Assembly: GCA_964387225.1 (NCBI GenBank)
Contig: CAYLVU010000004.1
Coordinates: forward strand, 233 to 64,232
Direction: 5' to 3'
Length of the DNA: 64,000 bases
Source of the DNA: an uncultured Clostridia bacterium
GTDB lineage: Bacteria; Bacillota; Clostridia; Christensenellales; Borkfalkiaceae
The stretch's first letter is position 1; each line of letters opens with the position of its first letter. Made by a program: the position numbers and the translations under genes. Shown one piece after another: positions 9,463-18,729 of the stretch. The notes beneath the pieces were generated by a model. The model was not told where the DNA came from, made no database searches, and worked only from the letters and a program-made list of their open reading frames with translations.

Positions 9463-9644
9463 TGCTATTTGAAAATTTTTTTGTGAAAATTTCACCTTTT
9501 TTTGTCTCTTTTTTCGTCATTTTCACCATATTCCGCCCCTCCTTCCGCCCGCCCGTCCCGTTCGGGTCAGGAAAAACCGCCCTGCGGAATCCTCCCCGTT
9601 CAAGATATAAGAAACAGCCCGCAGGAGAAACAGCCCGCGGGCTC

Positions 9645-9684
9645 AAAAAACCGCGGGCTCCCGAATTGCCTCGGGAGCCCGCGG
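9645..9684 (-). terminator. intrinsic terminator downstream of parB
   Basis: A 14-bp perfect stem pairs 9651-9664 with 9671-9684. The U-run on the minus strand is the A-run at 9645-9650. Confidence 0.75.
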
Positions 9685-9703
9685 TTATAAATGCGCGTTT
9701 CGT

Positions 9704-10591
9704 TTATTCCTGCCGTTCGATAATGTCGATGATCTCGCTGAGCCGCTCTAAATCGTCGCGGGTATAATAATCGATATAGATCCTGCCCTTTTTGTCCGTG
9801 CCGATCAGCGAAACCTTGGTTTTAAAGGTCGTTCTCATGCGCTCGACAAGGTGTTTCAGTTCGGTGCTTTGCTGCGCGTTTTTTTTCTCCTTCTCCCGCG
9901 CCAGCACTTCGGGCGGGTTGAGATACTGCTTTACGGCGCGCTCCATCTCGCGCACCGACCAGCCGTTCTTGACGCACTCCCCGGCAAGCCTTCCCTGCTC
10001 TTCCGCGGGCACGGGGACGAGCGTTCTCGCATGCCCCGAGGAGAGCTTGCCCTCCCTCACGAGCGAGATCACCCCCTCCGAAAGGGTAAGAAGTCGCAGC
10101 GTGTTTGCGATTGCGGGACGGCTCTTGCCCAAACGCTCGGCGAGCACTTCCTGCGTGAGCGAGTACTCCTCCATGAGTTTTTTCATGCCGTAGGCAGCCT
10201 CTATGGGGTTGAGATCCTCGCGCTGCAGGTTCTCGATGAGCGAAATTTCCTGAATTTCCTTTTCCGTATAATCCTTTACGATGACGGGTACGCTCTTCAA
10301 GCCCGCCATCGCCGCGGCGCGGTAACGGCGCTCGCCCGCTATAATCATATATCTGCCGTCGGGACGGCGGATTACCACGAGCGGGCTTATCACCCCGTGC
10401 GCGCGAATGGAATTCGCCAGGTCGTTCATGGCGTTTTCATCAAACGCCTTTCGCGGCTGATCGGGATTTGGATAAAGTTCTTCGAGCGATACTTCCGTTG
10501 TCTTTTCGCCCTCGCCGTTCTGCGCGTTTCCGTACGCCTCTTCGGTGTCGCTGAACAGCGCCGAGAGCCCCCTTCCGAGTCCTTTCGCCAT
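9704..10591 (-). CDS. parB: chromosome partitioning protein ParB/Spo0J
   Basis: MAKGLGRGLSALF N-terminus, the ParB box GERRYRAA, an HTH region, and position directly downstream of parA. Confidence 0.95.
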   Translation of the reverse strand: MAKGLGRGLSALFSDTEEAYGNAQNGEGEKTTEVSLEELYPNPDQPRKAFDENAMNDLANSIRAHGVISPLVVIRRPDGRYMIIAGERRYRAAAMAGLKSVPVIVKDYTEKEIQEISLIENLQREDLNPIEAAYGMKKLMEEYSLTQEVLAERLGKSRPAIANTLRLLTLSEGVISLVREGKLSSGHARTLVPVPAEEQGRLAGECVKNGWSVREMERAVKQYLNPPEVLAREKEKKNAQQSTELKHLVERMRTTFKTKVSLIGTDKKGRIYIDYYTRDDLERLSEIIDIIERQE

Positions 10592-10594
10592 TGT

Positions 10595-11368
10595 TTATTC
10601 CTCCCCCTCCGTTTTTTTCAAAAATTCTTCCGTAAGCGCGCTGTACGCCCGCGCCCCCGCGCACTTGCTGTCGTGCAGCAGAATCGGTTTTCCGTGGCTG
10701 GGCGCTTCGGATAGCCTGATGTTGCGCGGTATGACGATTTCGTACAGCTTTTTCGTAAAATAATGCTTGATTTCCGCCGCGATCTGCTTGGAGATCAGCG
10801 AGCGCCCGTCGTACATCGTGAGCACGACGCCCTCGACCTTCAACGACTTGTTGAGGTGCTGACGGACGAGCGATATCGTGTTCATGAGCTGGGACAGCCC
10901 TTCCAGCGCGTAGTATTCGCTTTGAATGGGAATGATCACGCTGTCCGCCGCGGCAAGCGCGTTGATCGTGATGAGCCCGAGAGAGGGCGGACAGTCGATC
11001 AGAATAAAATCGTACGCCGCTTTTACCTTGTCGAGCGCACCCTTTAACACCTTCTCTCTGGATTTTTTGTACACAAGTTCCACTTCCGCCCCCGCGAGAT
11101 CGATATTCGAGGGCAAAATCATCAGCCCTTCGATTTCGGTGGGCAGTACGTTTTCTTTGACTTCTTCTTCGTCGATCAGCACGTTATAGACGGATTTTTT
11201 CAGGGAACTCTTCGTAAAACCAAGCCCCGTCGTCGCGTTTCCCTGCGGATCGAGGTCGACAAGCAGCACCTTTTTCCCCGCTTTCGCGAGATATGCCGCC
11301 ATATTGACGCAAGTCGTCGTCTTGCCGACGCCGCCCTTTTGATTGGAAAAGGAAATTACCGCTCCCAT
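10595..11368 (-). CDS. parA: chromosome partitioning ATPase ParA/Soj
   Basis: Deviant Walker A NQKGGVGKTT and full-length ParA/Soj-like sequence. Confidence 0.95.
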   Translation of the reverse strand: MGAVISFSNQKGGVGKTTTCVNMAAYLAKAGKKVLLVDLDPQGNATTGLGFTKSSLKKSVYNVLIDEEEVKENVLPTEIEGLMILPSNIDLAGAEVELVYKKSREKVLKGALDKVKAAYDFILIDCPPSLGLITINALAAADSVIIPIQSEYYALEGLSQLMNTISLVRQHLNKSLKVEGVVLTMYDGRSLISKQIAAEIKHYFTKKLYEIVIPRNIRLSEAPSHGKPILLHDSKCAGARAYSALTEEFLKKTEGEE

Positions 11369-11373
11369 CTCTT

Positions 11374-13404
11374 TTACTCCTTATGCGAATCATCGTCCGG
11401 CTTCGGCGCTTCACCCTGCTCGGGCTCGTCCGCAGAGGAGCCCACATCCGGCTTGACCTCCTCGGGCGCCGCCCCTTCGGGCGACGGCTTGGCAGCGCTC
11501 TCGCTCTGCTTGCGCAGGGCAAAAGGATTGTCGGGCGACGATTTGTCGTGCTCCTCCATATAGGCAAGCACTTCTTTATAGTCGGCGCCGCGCATCAGCA
11601 TGTCCACTTCCGCCGTATAAATCGTCTCGCGCTCGAAAAGCACGCGCGCCATGTTGTCCAAAACGGCACGGTTTTCGGAGAGCAGCTTCCTCGCACGGTC
11701 GTACGCCCTTGTCACGATCGCCTTGATTTCTTCGTCGATGATGCCTGCCGTTTCCTCGCTGTATGTGTTGCGCTCTTCGAAATCCCGCCCGAGAAAAACG
11801 GGTCCGTCGCTCGCGTACGCAATGGGGCCTAAACGGTCGCTCATGCCCCACTCCGTTACCATCTTGCGCGCGATCTGCGATACGCGCTTGATGTCGTTGG
11901 AGGCGCCCGCCGAAATGTCATGTATGACAAGCTCTTCCGCAACTCTTCCGCCCAACGCCATGCAGATAAAATCGTTAAGTTTGTTAACAGTCATGTCGTT
12001 GTCGTCGTTGTCGGGACGGGTCAGCGTGTAGCCTGCCGCCATGCCGCGGGGAATAATGGAAACCTCGTGAACGTTGTCGCAATGCTCGCATAATTTTGCA
12101 AGAATCGCATGCCCCGCCTCGTGATAAGCCGTACACTTCTTGTCTGCCTCGGTCACGACGCGGCTCTTCTTCTGCGGCCCCATGATGACTTTATTGATTC
12201 CCTCGTAGAGCTCGAGATTTCCGATCAGCGTTTTCCCCGCGCGCGCCGCCAAAATAGCAGCCTCGTTGAGAAGATTTGCAAGATCTGCGCCCGAAAATCC
12301 GCTCGTCATGCGCGCGACAACTTTAAAGTTGACGTCGGGAGCGAGAGGTTTGTTGCGCGCGTGAACTTTAAGAATTTGTTCGCGGCCCTTAACGTCGGGC
12401 AGGTTGACGTAGATCTGTCTGTCGAAACGTCCGGGACGAAGCAGGGCGTTGTCGAGAATATCGGCTCGGTTCGTCGCCGCCATTACGATAACCCCTTCGT
12501 TTGTTTCGAAACCGTCCATTTGAACAAGAATCTGGTTGAGGGTCTGTTCCCGTTCGTCGTGACCTCCGCCAAGTCCCGCACCGCGCTGACGTCCGACCGC
12601 GTCGATTTCATCAATAAAGATGATGCAGGGCTGATTGCGTTTTGCAAGATCGAATAAGTCGCGTACGCGCGAAGCGCCGACGCCGACGTACATTTCCACG
12701 AAATCCGACCCGCTCACGGAGAAAAACGGAACGCCCGCTTCACCGGCAACCGCCTTGGCAAACAGCGTTTTTCCCGTTCCGGGAGGTCCCACGAGCAATA
12801 CTCCCTTGGGGATACGGGCTCCGAGGACGGAAAACTTTTTCGGGCTCTTTAAAAACTCCACCACCTCAGCAAGCTCTTCCTTCTCCTCCTCCGCTCCCGC
12901 TACGTCGGAAAACCGAACCTTTAAATTGGTCGACACCTTGGCTTTCGTCTTTCCAAAGTTCATGACCTTTCCGCCTCCGCCGCTCGTCGCCCGCAAGATC
13001 AGGAAAAACGCCACGACACCCGCTACGAGTACAAGGATATAGATAACGTTTGTCCAACCGGAGCCTGCGTTCGGATCGGAAATGTCGTAATCTTCGATTT
13101 TATCCCCCCAATCCTGCATCAAACTCTTAAAGTCATCATAGGAATAGACGCTGGGAGAATGTGCCCAATAGGTATAGTTCGTCGAATTTACGTCGGTGTA
13201 ACCGTAAACGTTATACCCGTCAAAATAGACTTTTACGATTTGTTTGCCGCCCTCCACCGACTCAACGTCGGTTACAAGCGATTCAAACTCCTTGAAGGTC
13301 ACGTTTTTGCTGTTTCGGATCTGGGAGGTTATGATAAAGTAAGCCCCGATTCCCAAAACCGCTATCAGCAGCACAATGATGACCGTTTTAACTGTTTTAC
13401 TCAA
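11374..13404 (-). CDS. ftsH: ATP-dependent zinc metalloprotease FtsH
   Basis: GPPGTGKT Walker A, the AAA domain, and the HEAGH zinc motif. TTG start with RBS AAAGGAGA 7 nt upstream. Confidence 0.95.
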   Translation of the reverse strand: MSKTVKTVIIVLLIAVLGIGAYFIITSQIRNSKNVTFKEFESLVTDVESVEGGKQIVKVYFDGYNVYGYTDVNSTNYTYWAHSPSVYSYDDFKSLMQDWGDKIEDYDISDPNAGSGWTNVIYILVLVAGVVAFFLILRATSGGGGKVMNFGKTKAKVSTNLKVRFSDVAGAEEEKEELAEVVEFLKSPKKFSVLGARIPKGVLLVGPPGTGKTLFAKAVAGEAGVPFFSVSGSDFVEMYVGVGASRVRDLFDLAKRNQPCIIFIDEIDAVGRQRGAGLGGGHDEREQTLNQILVQMDGFETNEGVIVMAATNRADILDNALLRPGRFDRQIYVNLPDVKGREQILKVHARNKPLAPDVNFKVVARMTSGFSGADLANLLNEAAILAARAGKTLIGNLELYEGINKVIMGPQKKSRVVTEADKKCTAYHEAGHAILAKLCEHCDNVHEVSIIPRGMAAGYTLTRPDNDDNDMTVNKLNDFICMALGGRVAEELVIHDISAGASNDIKRVSQIARKMVTEWGMSDRLGPIAYASDGPVFLGRDFEERNTYSEETAGIIDEEIKAIVTRAYDRARKLLSENRAVLDNMARVLFERETIYTAEVDMLMRGADYKEVLAYMEEHDKSSPDNPFALRKQSESAAKPSPEGAAPEEVKPDVGSSADEPEQGEAPKPDDDSHKE

Positions 13405-13588
13405 CTTACGTCTCCTTTCTATATTTTTCCGCTTTTAGTATGTGCGAAAAGATAAAATTATTTTAACATATAATTTCCGCAAAAGCAAGCGGGAAGCAGA
13501 AAATCTTTCCATATTTTCTAAAATATCACCCAATTTTCGCAAATCGACCCGTTTTTTACCCGAATTTCGCCTCGCACGGGGTCAAAAA

Positions 13589-13604
13589 TGTTTCATGTGA
13601 AACA
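13589..13604. other. parS-like site (one mismatch)
   Basis: TGTTTCATGTGAAACA, compared with the firmicute parS consensus TGTTNCACGTGAAACA. Confidence 0.7.
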
Positions 13605-13633
13605 CTCTCCCGAATTTTTTTCGCGAAAATTGT

Positions 13634-13649
13634 TGTTTCACGTGAAACA
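13634..13649. other. parS centromere-like site (perfect consensus palindrome)
   Basis: TGTTTCACGTGAAACA. Confidence 0.85.
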
Positions 13650-13715
13650 TTGAACGCAAAAATTTTATTCGGGTGCCGCGACGTGTTTTTTTGTTTCTTC
13701 GGTGAATAAGGCAGT

Positions 13716-13757
13716 AAAAAGCGGGCGTCCCGCAGATGGAGGGGACGCCCGCTTTTT
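13716..13757. terminator. bidirectional intrinsic terminator downstream of cvpA
   Basis: GCGGGCGTCCC (13721-13731) pairs with GGGACGCCCGC (13742-13752), flanked by an A-run and a T-run. Confidence 0.75.
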
Positions 13758-13759
13758 CG

Positions 13760-14353
13760 TTAAAGGATAAGGTTTGGCGCAGACGCGCTTAGAGAAGCAA
13801 TGGGAGCAATCACATCGTCTATGGTCACGTTCGACAGTTCGCTTACAACCCAATCGAAGACTCTTCCGACAATCGTGCTGTCCTGAAGGAATGCATGGAG
13901 CGAGTCGACGGGAATCCAGTGACAGATGGCGAGCAGGAGCATAATGAGCATAAACGCTTCGAACAGCCCGAGAATGCCGCCCAAAACGCGGTTGACGATT
14001 TTAACGGGCTGAAACTTTTCCACCAGCTTCGTTCCGACCTTCCCAAGTATCCAGGCGCCGAGTTTTACCAGAATCACGAGAAGAATGAAGCTGATGACGA
14101 TTGCGATGATCGAAGCAATCGTCGCGTTTCCGATTGCGTTGGCAAGCGCCGTCGTGAGGGAAAACCATTTTTCCAAGGTGTTTTGCAGCGAAACGCAGAA
14201 CATTATGCCGACCGAAACGGCAAAAAGCGTGCCCGCCAGTTTACAGACGCTCTTAATAAAACCGCGCGCCACGCCGAAAAAAGTACCTGCCAACAAAATG
14301 ACGAAAAAGACGATATCGAGCGCCCATGCGTTCGAAGCAAGCAGTTGGCTCAC
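13760..14353 (-). CDS. cvpA: CvpA-family membrane protein
   Basis: Four hydrophobic helices and CvpA-like N-terminus (LDIVFFVILLAGTFFGVARGFIK). GTG start with RBS GGAGG. Confidence 0.7.
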   Translation of the reverse strand: MSQLLASNAWALDIVFFVILLAGTFFGVARGFIKSVCKLAGTLFAVSVGIMFCVSLQNTLEKWFSLTTALANAIGNATIASIIAIVISFILLVILVKLGAWILGKVGTKLVEKFQPVKIVNRVLGGILGLFEAFMLIMLLLAICHWIPVDSLHAFLQDSTIVGRVFDWVVSELSNVTIDDVIAPIASLSASAPNLIL

Positions 14354-14415
14354 GGAAAACCTCCTTATAAGTTTTCAGCATTGTTGCGACCGATTCAAAA
14401 GCCGCTTACGGCATT

Positions 14416-14444
14416 ATTATATCACAGTTTTTTGGATTTGTCAA
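14416..14444 (-). promoter_or_regulatory. consensus sigma-A promoter of cvpA
   Basis: Minus strand reads TTGACA (14444-14439), 17 nt, TATAAT (14421-14416), with TGn upstream. Confidence 0.65.
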
Positions 14445-14502
14445 AAAACCGTTATAAAAATACGGTTTGACGGCAAAAATTCCTTCGTCATTCGGAGGAA
14501 TT

Positions 14503-15060
14503 ATGGACTACGCTTTTCATTTTTATAACTCATTGGCGGAAACGGGTTTGATGATGACGCTCACAAGGCTCTTGGGCGCGCCTGCGGCGCCGCCCGTCGT
14601 ACTTTGCATCGGCTCCGATCTTGCCATCGGGGACAGTCTGGGTCCCGTCGCGGGAACTATGCTCAAACGCGGGGGAGAATTCCGCGGTTACGTCTACGGA
14701 ACGCTGAAAAATCCGGTCACGGCAAAAGAAGTGAAATACGTCAATGAATTTCTGCGCAGAACCCATCCCGGCAGCAAAATTATAGCAATCGACGCCGCAG
14801 TGGGGGAGGAAGGAGACGTCGGGCTCCTGAAAGTGACGGAGGGTCCTCTGCGCCCCGGATCGGGAGCAAATAAACGGCTCGGCAAAGTGGGCGACGTGTC
14901 CGTTCTCGGAATCGTCGCCCGTAAAAGCGCCTTTTCTTACTCTCTTCTCAACCTTACCAGACTGAACATGGTTTATACAATGGCGGAGATCGTCTCCGGC
15001 GCCCTCTCGGCATACTCGCTTGGAATTGCCGAACCTGATAAAAAAGCAGAAGGTGCATAA
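14503..15060 (+). CDS. yyaC: YyaC-like putative sporulation protease (GPR/HybD-like fold)
   Basis: Start set at ATG 14503 after RBS GGAGG (14494-14498). YyaC-like motifs CIGSDLAIGDSLGP and IIAIDAAVG. In B. subtilis, yyaC also neighbours the spo0J region. Confidence 0.75.
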   Translation: MDYAFHFYNSLAETGLMMTLTRLLGAPAAPPVVLCIGSDLAIGDSLGPVAGTMLKRGGEFRGYVYGTLKNPVTAKEVKYVNEFLRRTHPGSKIIAIDAAVGEEGDVGLLKVTEGPLRPGSGANKRLGKVGDVSVLGIVARKSAFSYSLLNLTRLNMVYTMAEIVSGALSAYSLGIAEPDKKAEGA

Positions 15061-15135
15061 ATTATTCACATTTTTTCATTTGATTTTGTTAATAATTTTC
15101 ATTTTTAAAAATTTTTTAAAAGTTTAAATCATTTC

Positions 15136-15165
15136 TTGACGAGCGGGAATGAAAAAATGTAAAAT
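15136..15165 (+). promoter_or_regulatory. sigma-A type promoter
   Basis: TTGACG (15136-15141), 18 nt, TAAAAT (15160-15165). Confidence 0.5.
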
Positions 15166-15195
15166 GTAAGCACAATTATAAAAGGAGAAAAAAAG

Positions 15196-15426
15196 ATGGT
15201 CAAGACTACAAAGACAAAGGTTTACGACACCGATACGGCTACCGTTGTAAAGAAGGTCGTCAGCGGCGCTTACGGCGATCCCGCAGGTTACGAAACGACG
15301 ATGTACGTTACGGCGGAAGGGGACTATTTCCTCTATACGTTCGGCGGTCCCGAATCCGCTTATAGCACGGAAAAGATCACGGCGTACAGCAAGGCAAAAG
15401 CCGCTGAGTGGTTGAAAAACAACTGA
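15196..15426 (+). CDS. small conserved-looking hypothetical protein (76 aa)
   Basis: RBS AAAGGAGA, its own promoter, and an immediate terminator. No family was recognised. Confidence 0.6.
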   Translation: MVKTTKTKVYDTDTATVVKKVVSGAYGDPAGYETTMYVTAEGDYFLYTFGGPESAYSTEKITAYSKAKAAEWLKNN

Positions 15427-15457
15427 AAAATCCTCCCGAAAAGGGAGGATTTTTTTC
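15426..15457. terminator. bidirectional intrinsic terminator
   Basis: ATCCTCCC (15430-15437) pairs with GGGAGGAT (15443-15450), followed by T6 and preceded by A5. Confidence 0.75.
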
Positions 15458-15522
15458 TCTTTCATAAGCCGCCGTTTTTGCGGCAGAACAGAGGACCGAA
15501 CAGGCGAAGCGCTTTAAAACGA

Positions 15523-16431
15523 TTACGGTTCTTCGTCGTCTGTACGGGTCGTCGTGTCTGCGCTCTCTTCGTCGCGGGAATTCCCGAGAAAGGTCCCGAA
15601 GAAGCCGCTGAATCCGCCGCGGCGGTACCCACTGCCCGATCCGCCGGAAGGGGCGAAGCTGGTGCCCGACGACTGCGGCGTATCCTCTTTGGGAAGATCG
15701 CGCTTGGGATAGGGCTTTTTCTCCCCGTATTTTCTGTCGCGGTCTCTTCCGTAGCGGTCGTTTTTCCTGTCCGAATACTTTCCGCCGCGATTCTTTTCGT
15801 AAGGCTTTCTGTTTTTAGGCGTGATCACGACGTAGCGCTGCGGCTCGGTGCCCTCGCTCTTCGTCGTCACGTCCGGATTGTCGATAAGCGCGGAATGAAT
15901 GATTCTGCGTTCATAGGGGTTCATGGGCTCGAGACGGACCCTTTTCCCAAGGCGAACCGCCTTTGCCGCAAGCTTTTCGGCTACGCTGCGCAGCGTTTCC
16001 TCCCGTTTTTCGCGATAATTTTCGTAATCGACGACCACGCGCTTATAGTCTCTTCTGCCCGTATTGGCGACGGCGCCCGCAAGCGTCTGCAAGGCGTCGA
16101 TGATTTCGCCCCGTCTTCCGATGAGCCCCTTCGAGGAATCGGCTTTGAGCTGAATTACGATTTTTTCGTCTTCATCCGTAAGTTCGGGTTCGACGTTCTC
16201 CTGCAAAAGAGAAAAGAGACCCTCCAAAAATTTTACGGCGCGCTGACCGTCCGTGAGCTTTTCTTTGACTGTAATTTTTACCTCGGCGGGGGAGGATTTT
16301 CCGATCAGTCTCTTTTTTCCCTCGTCGAGAATTTCTATCTCGACGTCCTCTCTTTCTACCGCAAAAGCTTCGAGTCCCGCCGCGATTGCTTCTTCCGCCG
16401 TTTTTCCGGTGAATACTTCGGATCTTTCCAT
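15523..16431 (-). CDS. jag: Jag/KhpB RNA-binding protein (Jag_N, KH and R3H domains) with a long RG/K-rich C-terminal tail
   Basis: N-terminus MERSEVFTGKTAEEAIAAGLE, an R3H-like region LEPMNPYERRIIH, and position downstream of yidC. Confidence 0.9.
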   Translation of the reverse strand: MERSEVFTGKTAEEAIAAGLEAFAVEREDVEIEILDEGKKRLIGKSSPAEVKITVKEKLTDGQRAVKFLEGLFSLLQENVEPELTDEDEKIVIQLKADSSKGLIGRRGEIIDALQTLAGAVANTGRRDYKRVVVDYENYREKREETLRSVAEKLAAKAVRLGKRVRLEPMNPYERRIIHSALIDNPDVTTKSEGTEPQRYVVITPKNRKPYEKNRGGKYSDRKNDRYGRDRDRKYGEKKPYPKRDLPKEDTPQSSGTSFAPSGGSGSGYRRGGFSGFFGTFLGNSRDEESADTTTRTDDEEP

Positions 16432-16451
16432 ATTTTTTTCCTCTTTTCGGA

Positions 16452-17891
16452 TTATTTTTTCCGTTTATCTTTCTTTTTGCCTTCCTCGGTCTTTTGCCAG
16501 GGGAGGGTGCGCGAATATTTTTCCACGAGCTTTTGTTCTTCTTTCTTCTTAAACGTCCGTCCGATAATCAGATTGGAAAGGACGGTCACGATCAGGGAGA
16601 CAAGACTGCTCATCGTCATATAAATGGAGAACGCCGCGCTGTACATAAAGGCGAATATCGCATAGATGAGGGGCATCACGATGAGCATGACTTTTTGCGT
16701 CGTCCCGCCTTTTCCGTCCACCGACTGATACTTATTGCTCTCTTTTTGGCTGCGCATCGAAACAAACTGCGAGAGCACCATAAGTCCGATCGAAAGGATA
16801 ATCAGAATAAAGTATCCGTTCGCATCTTCCTTCTCCTGCGTAAGCTGGGAAGTGAGGTTGGTGTACTGCGCCTCGTTGAGAACGCTCGAAAGAGATACCT
16901 TTTCGCCGCTTTGCAAAGTCACCTGCGTGTTAAGCTGCGAGGTAAAGTCGCTGTATTGCTGGATGGGGTGGTTATAGGATACGTCGGGATACCAAACGTT
17001 TTTCACCCAAAGAAAGCTCGAATCGTTTCCGTTTCTGTACCTCTCTGCCGCTCTCGTCGCGCCGATCTTGACGACGTAATCGTTGCAGGCGGAGGAAAGC
17101 TCCTTTCCTTCGCTCTCCATAATCTCGTCGATTTCCGCCTTTGCGTCCCCGTCGGCAAGCAGTTTTTCCGAATCGATCTGATATTCGCGAACGGTTTTGT
17201 CCCCTTCGAGCGAATAAATATAGAAGATATAACGGCTCGTATCCTCGGATTCGACGCGCATATATTTGCTGCTGCTTTCGCCGTCTTCATTAGAAACGTT
17301 CGTGACGAGGTACATCGTATAAACCGCGCCGTCGACCTTAAAACTCTTATTTTCTTCCCATTCGATCGTCAATTCGTCGTCCTCGACGTTCTCCTTGGAC
17401 AGACGGTAATCCTTTCCGTCCACGCCGTGTTCCAGAATCGCCGCGTTGTACTCCGCGGACATATTCTCGTACATCGACAGGTTTGCAAACTGCGAATAGG
17501 CGCGGAAACCCTGAAACGCCACGATGAGGATGACAAGCGAAATAATCATGGGAAGACACGCCGCAAACGCGCTGTACCCGTTCTTCTTATACAGCTCGCT
17601 CATTTTTTGCTGATACATCGTCTTATCGTTGGCGTACTGCTGCTGTAATTTTTCAAGATCTTCCTTCATGTCGCGCATAATGAGGTTTTGTTTTCTCATT
17701 TTGATGCGCTGATAGATGTCGGCGGGAAGGGTGATCGCTTTGAGTACAAGCGTAAAAACGATAATGCCGAGACCGATAATACCGACCCCTTCGATAATCA
17801 CTTTAGCAAATTGTCCGAGGAAGTCCAGTCCGATCTCGTATCCCTGTTCCAGAAGATTAAAGGGGATCGCTTCCAATAAAGAAGATAACAT
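16452..17891 (-). CDS. yidC: membrane protein insertase YidC/SpoIIIJ family (479 aa, with a large insertion)
   Basis: The YidC core includes ITLPADIYQRIKMRKQ...KEDLEKLQQQY, FLWVKNVWYPD and a basic C-tail. It sits in the conserved rnpA-yidD-yidC-jag context. Confidence 0.9.
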   Translation of the reverse strand: MLSSLLEAIPFNLLEQGYEIGLDFLGQFAKVIIEGVGIIGLGIIVFTLVLKAITLPADIYQRIKMRKQNLIMRDMKEDLEKLQQQYANDKTMYQQKMSELYKKNGYSAFAACLPMIISLVILIVAFQGFRAYSQFANLSMYENMSAEYNAAILEHGVDGKDYRLSKENVEDDELTIEWEENKSFKVDGAVYTMYLVTNVSNEDGESSSKYMRVESEDTSRYIFYIYSLEGDKTVREYQIDSEKLLADGDAKAEIDEIMESEGKELSSACNDYVVKIGATRAAERYRNGNDSSFLWVKNVWYPDVSYNHPIQQYSDFTSQLNTQVTLQSGEKVSLSSVLNEAQYTNLTSQLTQEKEDANGYFILIILSIGLMVLSQFVSMRSQKESNKYQSVDGKGGTTQKVMLIVMPLIYAIFAFMYSAAFSIYMTMSSLVSLIVTVLSNLIIGRTFKKKEEQKLVEKYSRTLPWQKTEEGKKKDKRKK

Positions 17892-17905
17892 TCAAAAATA
17901 TTTCC

Positions 17906-18214
17906 TTATACGAGCCATTTTTTTTTGTACCACAGCTCGGGCGCGGGATCGATCCCGCCTTTCGAGAAGGGATTGCATCTCAAAATCCTCCACATTCCGA
18001 GAAGAATTCCCAAGATCACGCCTAAATTATTGATACACCGCTTTGTATATTCCGAACAGGTGGGCTCGTACAAACAGGTGTGTCGGGAGAGATACTTTTG
18101 ATAAAACCCGATCATCCGCATAAAGGGAGCCTTAATAAAGGAATGTACCAGATAGATTCCGCGTCGGATATATTTTGCGTTATTCCGCAGAAGGGGGAGC
18201 AGGCCGATTTTCAA
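17906..18214 (-). CDS. yidD: membrane protein insertion efficiency factor YidD
   Basis: FYQKYLS...CLYEPTCSEY...RILRCNPFSKGGIDP. The start is uncertain. TTG 18214 overlaps rnpA by 35 nt, whereas ATG 18121 gives a typical 71-aa protein. Confidence 0.8.
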   Translation of the reverse strand: MKIGLLPLLRNNAKYIRRGIYLVHSFIKAPFMRMIGFYQKYLSRHTCLYEPTCSEYTKRCINNLGVILGILLGMWRILRCNPFSKGGIDPAPELWYKKKWLV

Positions 18215-18527
18215 TCAATCCCTCCCGTTTGAGAATTTTTCCGATATCCCGTTTAAAACGGGGATAGCCGTATTCCTGCGCAACCTTCGGTATAAGCAGA
18301 ATACGGCAGGGAGTTATTTCGTCGGCATAGGGGCGGAATGCCTCCCGAAGAAGCCGTTTGATATGGTTTCTTACGACGCTTTTCCCGTATTTTTTTCCGA
18401 CGCAGACCGCTACCTTCGTCTTATCCGACGGAAAGTAAATCACGGTCACGCTCTCGGAATGGGCTCTTTTTCCCGATTTTAATACGGCGGTGATTTCTTT
18501 CTTTTTTTTCAGCCGCAAAACGCGCAT
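18180..18527 (-). CDS. rnpA: ribonuclease P protein component
   Basis: Basic 115-aa protein (LKKKKEITAVLKSGKR...VRNHIKRLLREAFR) immediately downstream of rpmH. Confidence 0.9.
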   Translation of the reverse strand: MRVLRLKKKKEITAVLKSGKRAHSESVTVIYFPSDKTKVAVCVGKKYGKSVVRNHIKRLLREAFRPYADEITPCRILLIPKVAQEYGYPRFKRDIGKILKREGLIENRPAPPSAE

Positions 18528-18533
18528 TTTATT

Positions 18534-18668
18534 TTACGCGGAAATATGTTTCCTTCCCTTGTTTCTTCTTCTCTTCAAGGTTTTTCTTCCGCCCTGCGTC
18601 TTCATTCTCTGACGGAAGCCGTGTACTTTGCTTCTCTGTCTCTTTTTCGGTTGATAGGTCCTTTTCAT
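18534..18668 (-). CDS. rpmH: 50S ribosomal protein L34
   Basis: Not in the ORF track because it is under 60 aa. Hand translation gives [44 protein letters not shown], with RBS GGAG upstream. Confidence 0.95.
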   Translation of the reverse strand: MKRTYQPKKRQRSKVHGFRQRMKTQGGRKTLKRRRNKGRKHISA

Positions 18669-18696
18669 ATTTATTTACTCCGTTTGGTTTTTTTTG

Positions 18697-18725
18697 ATTA
18701 TAAGAAATTTTCCGCTCACAGTCAA
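18697..18725 (-). promoter_or_regulatory. consensus sigma-A promoter of rpmH-rnpA
   Basis: Minus strand reads TTGACT (18725-18720), 17 nt, TATAAT (18702-18697). It begins 5 nt after the dnaN stop. Confidence 0.65.
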
Positions 18726-18729
18726 GCGA

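Noticed and set aside
9374-9767. ORFs of 90 aa (-) and 107 aa (+) in the parB-SBP intergenic region.
   Set aside because: They have no RBS and cross the promoter, the leader and the parB terminator. The + ORF runs antisense into parB.
13405-13759. The ftsH-cvpA intergenic region considered as an alternative origin because of the parS sites.
   Set aside because: No DnaA-box cluster was seen there, and gene orientation does not switch at this point. The parS sites alone explain the conserved palindromes.
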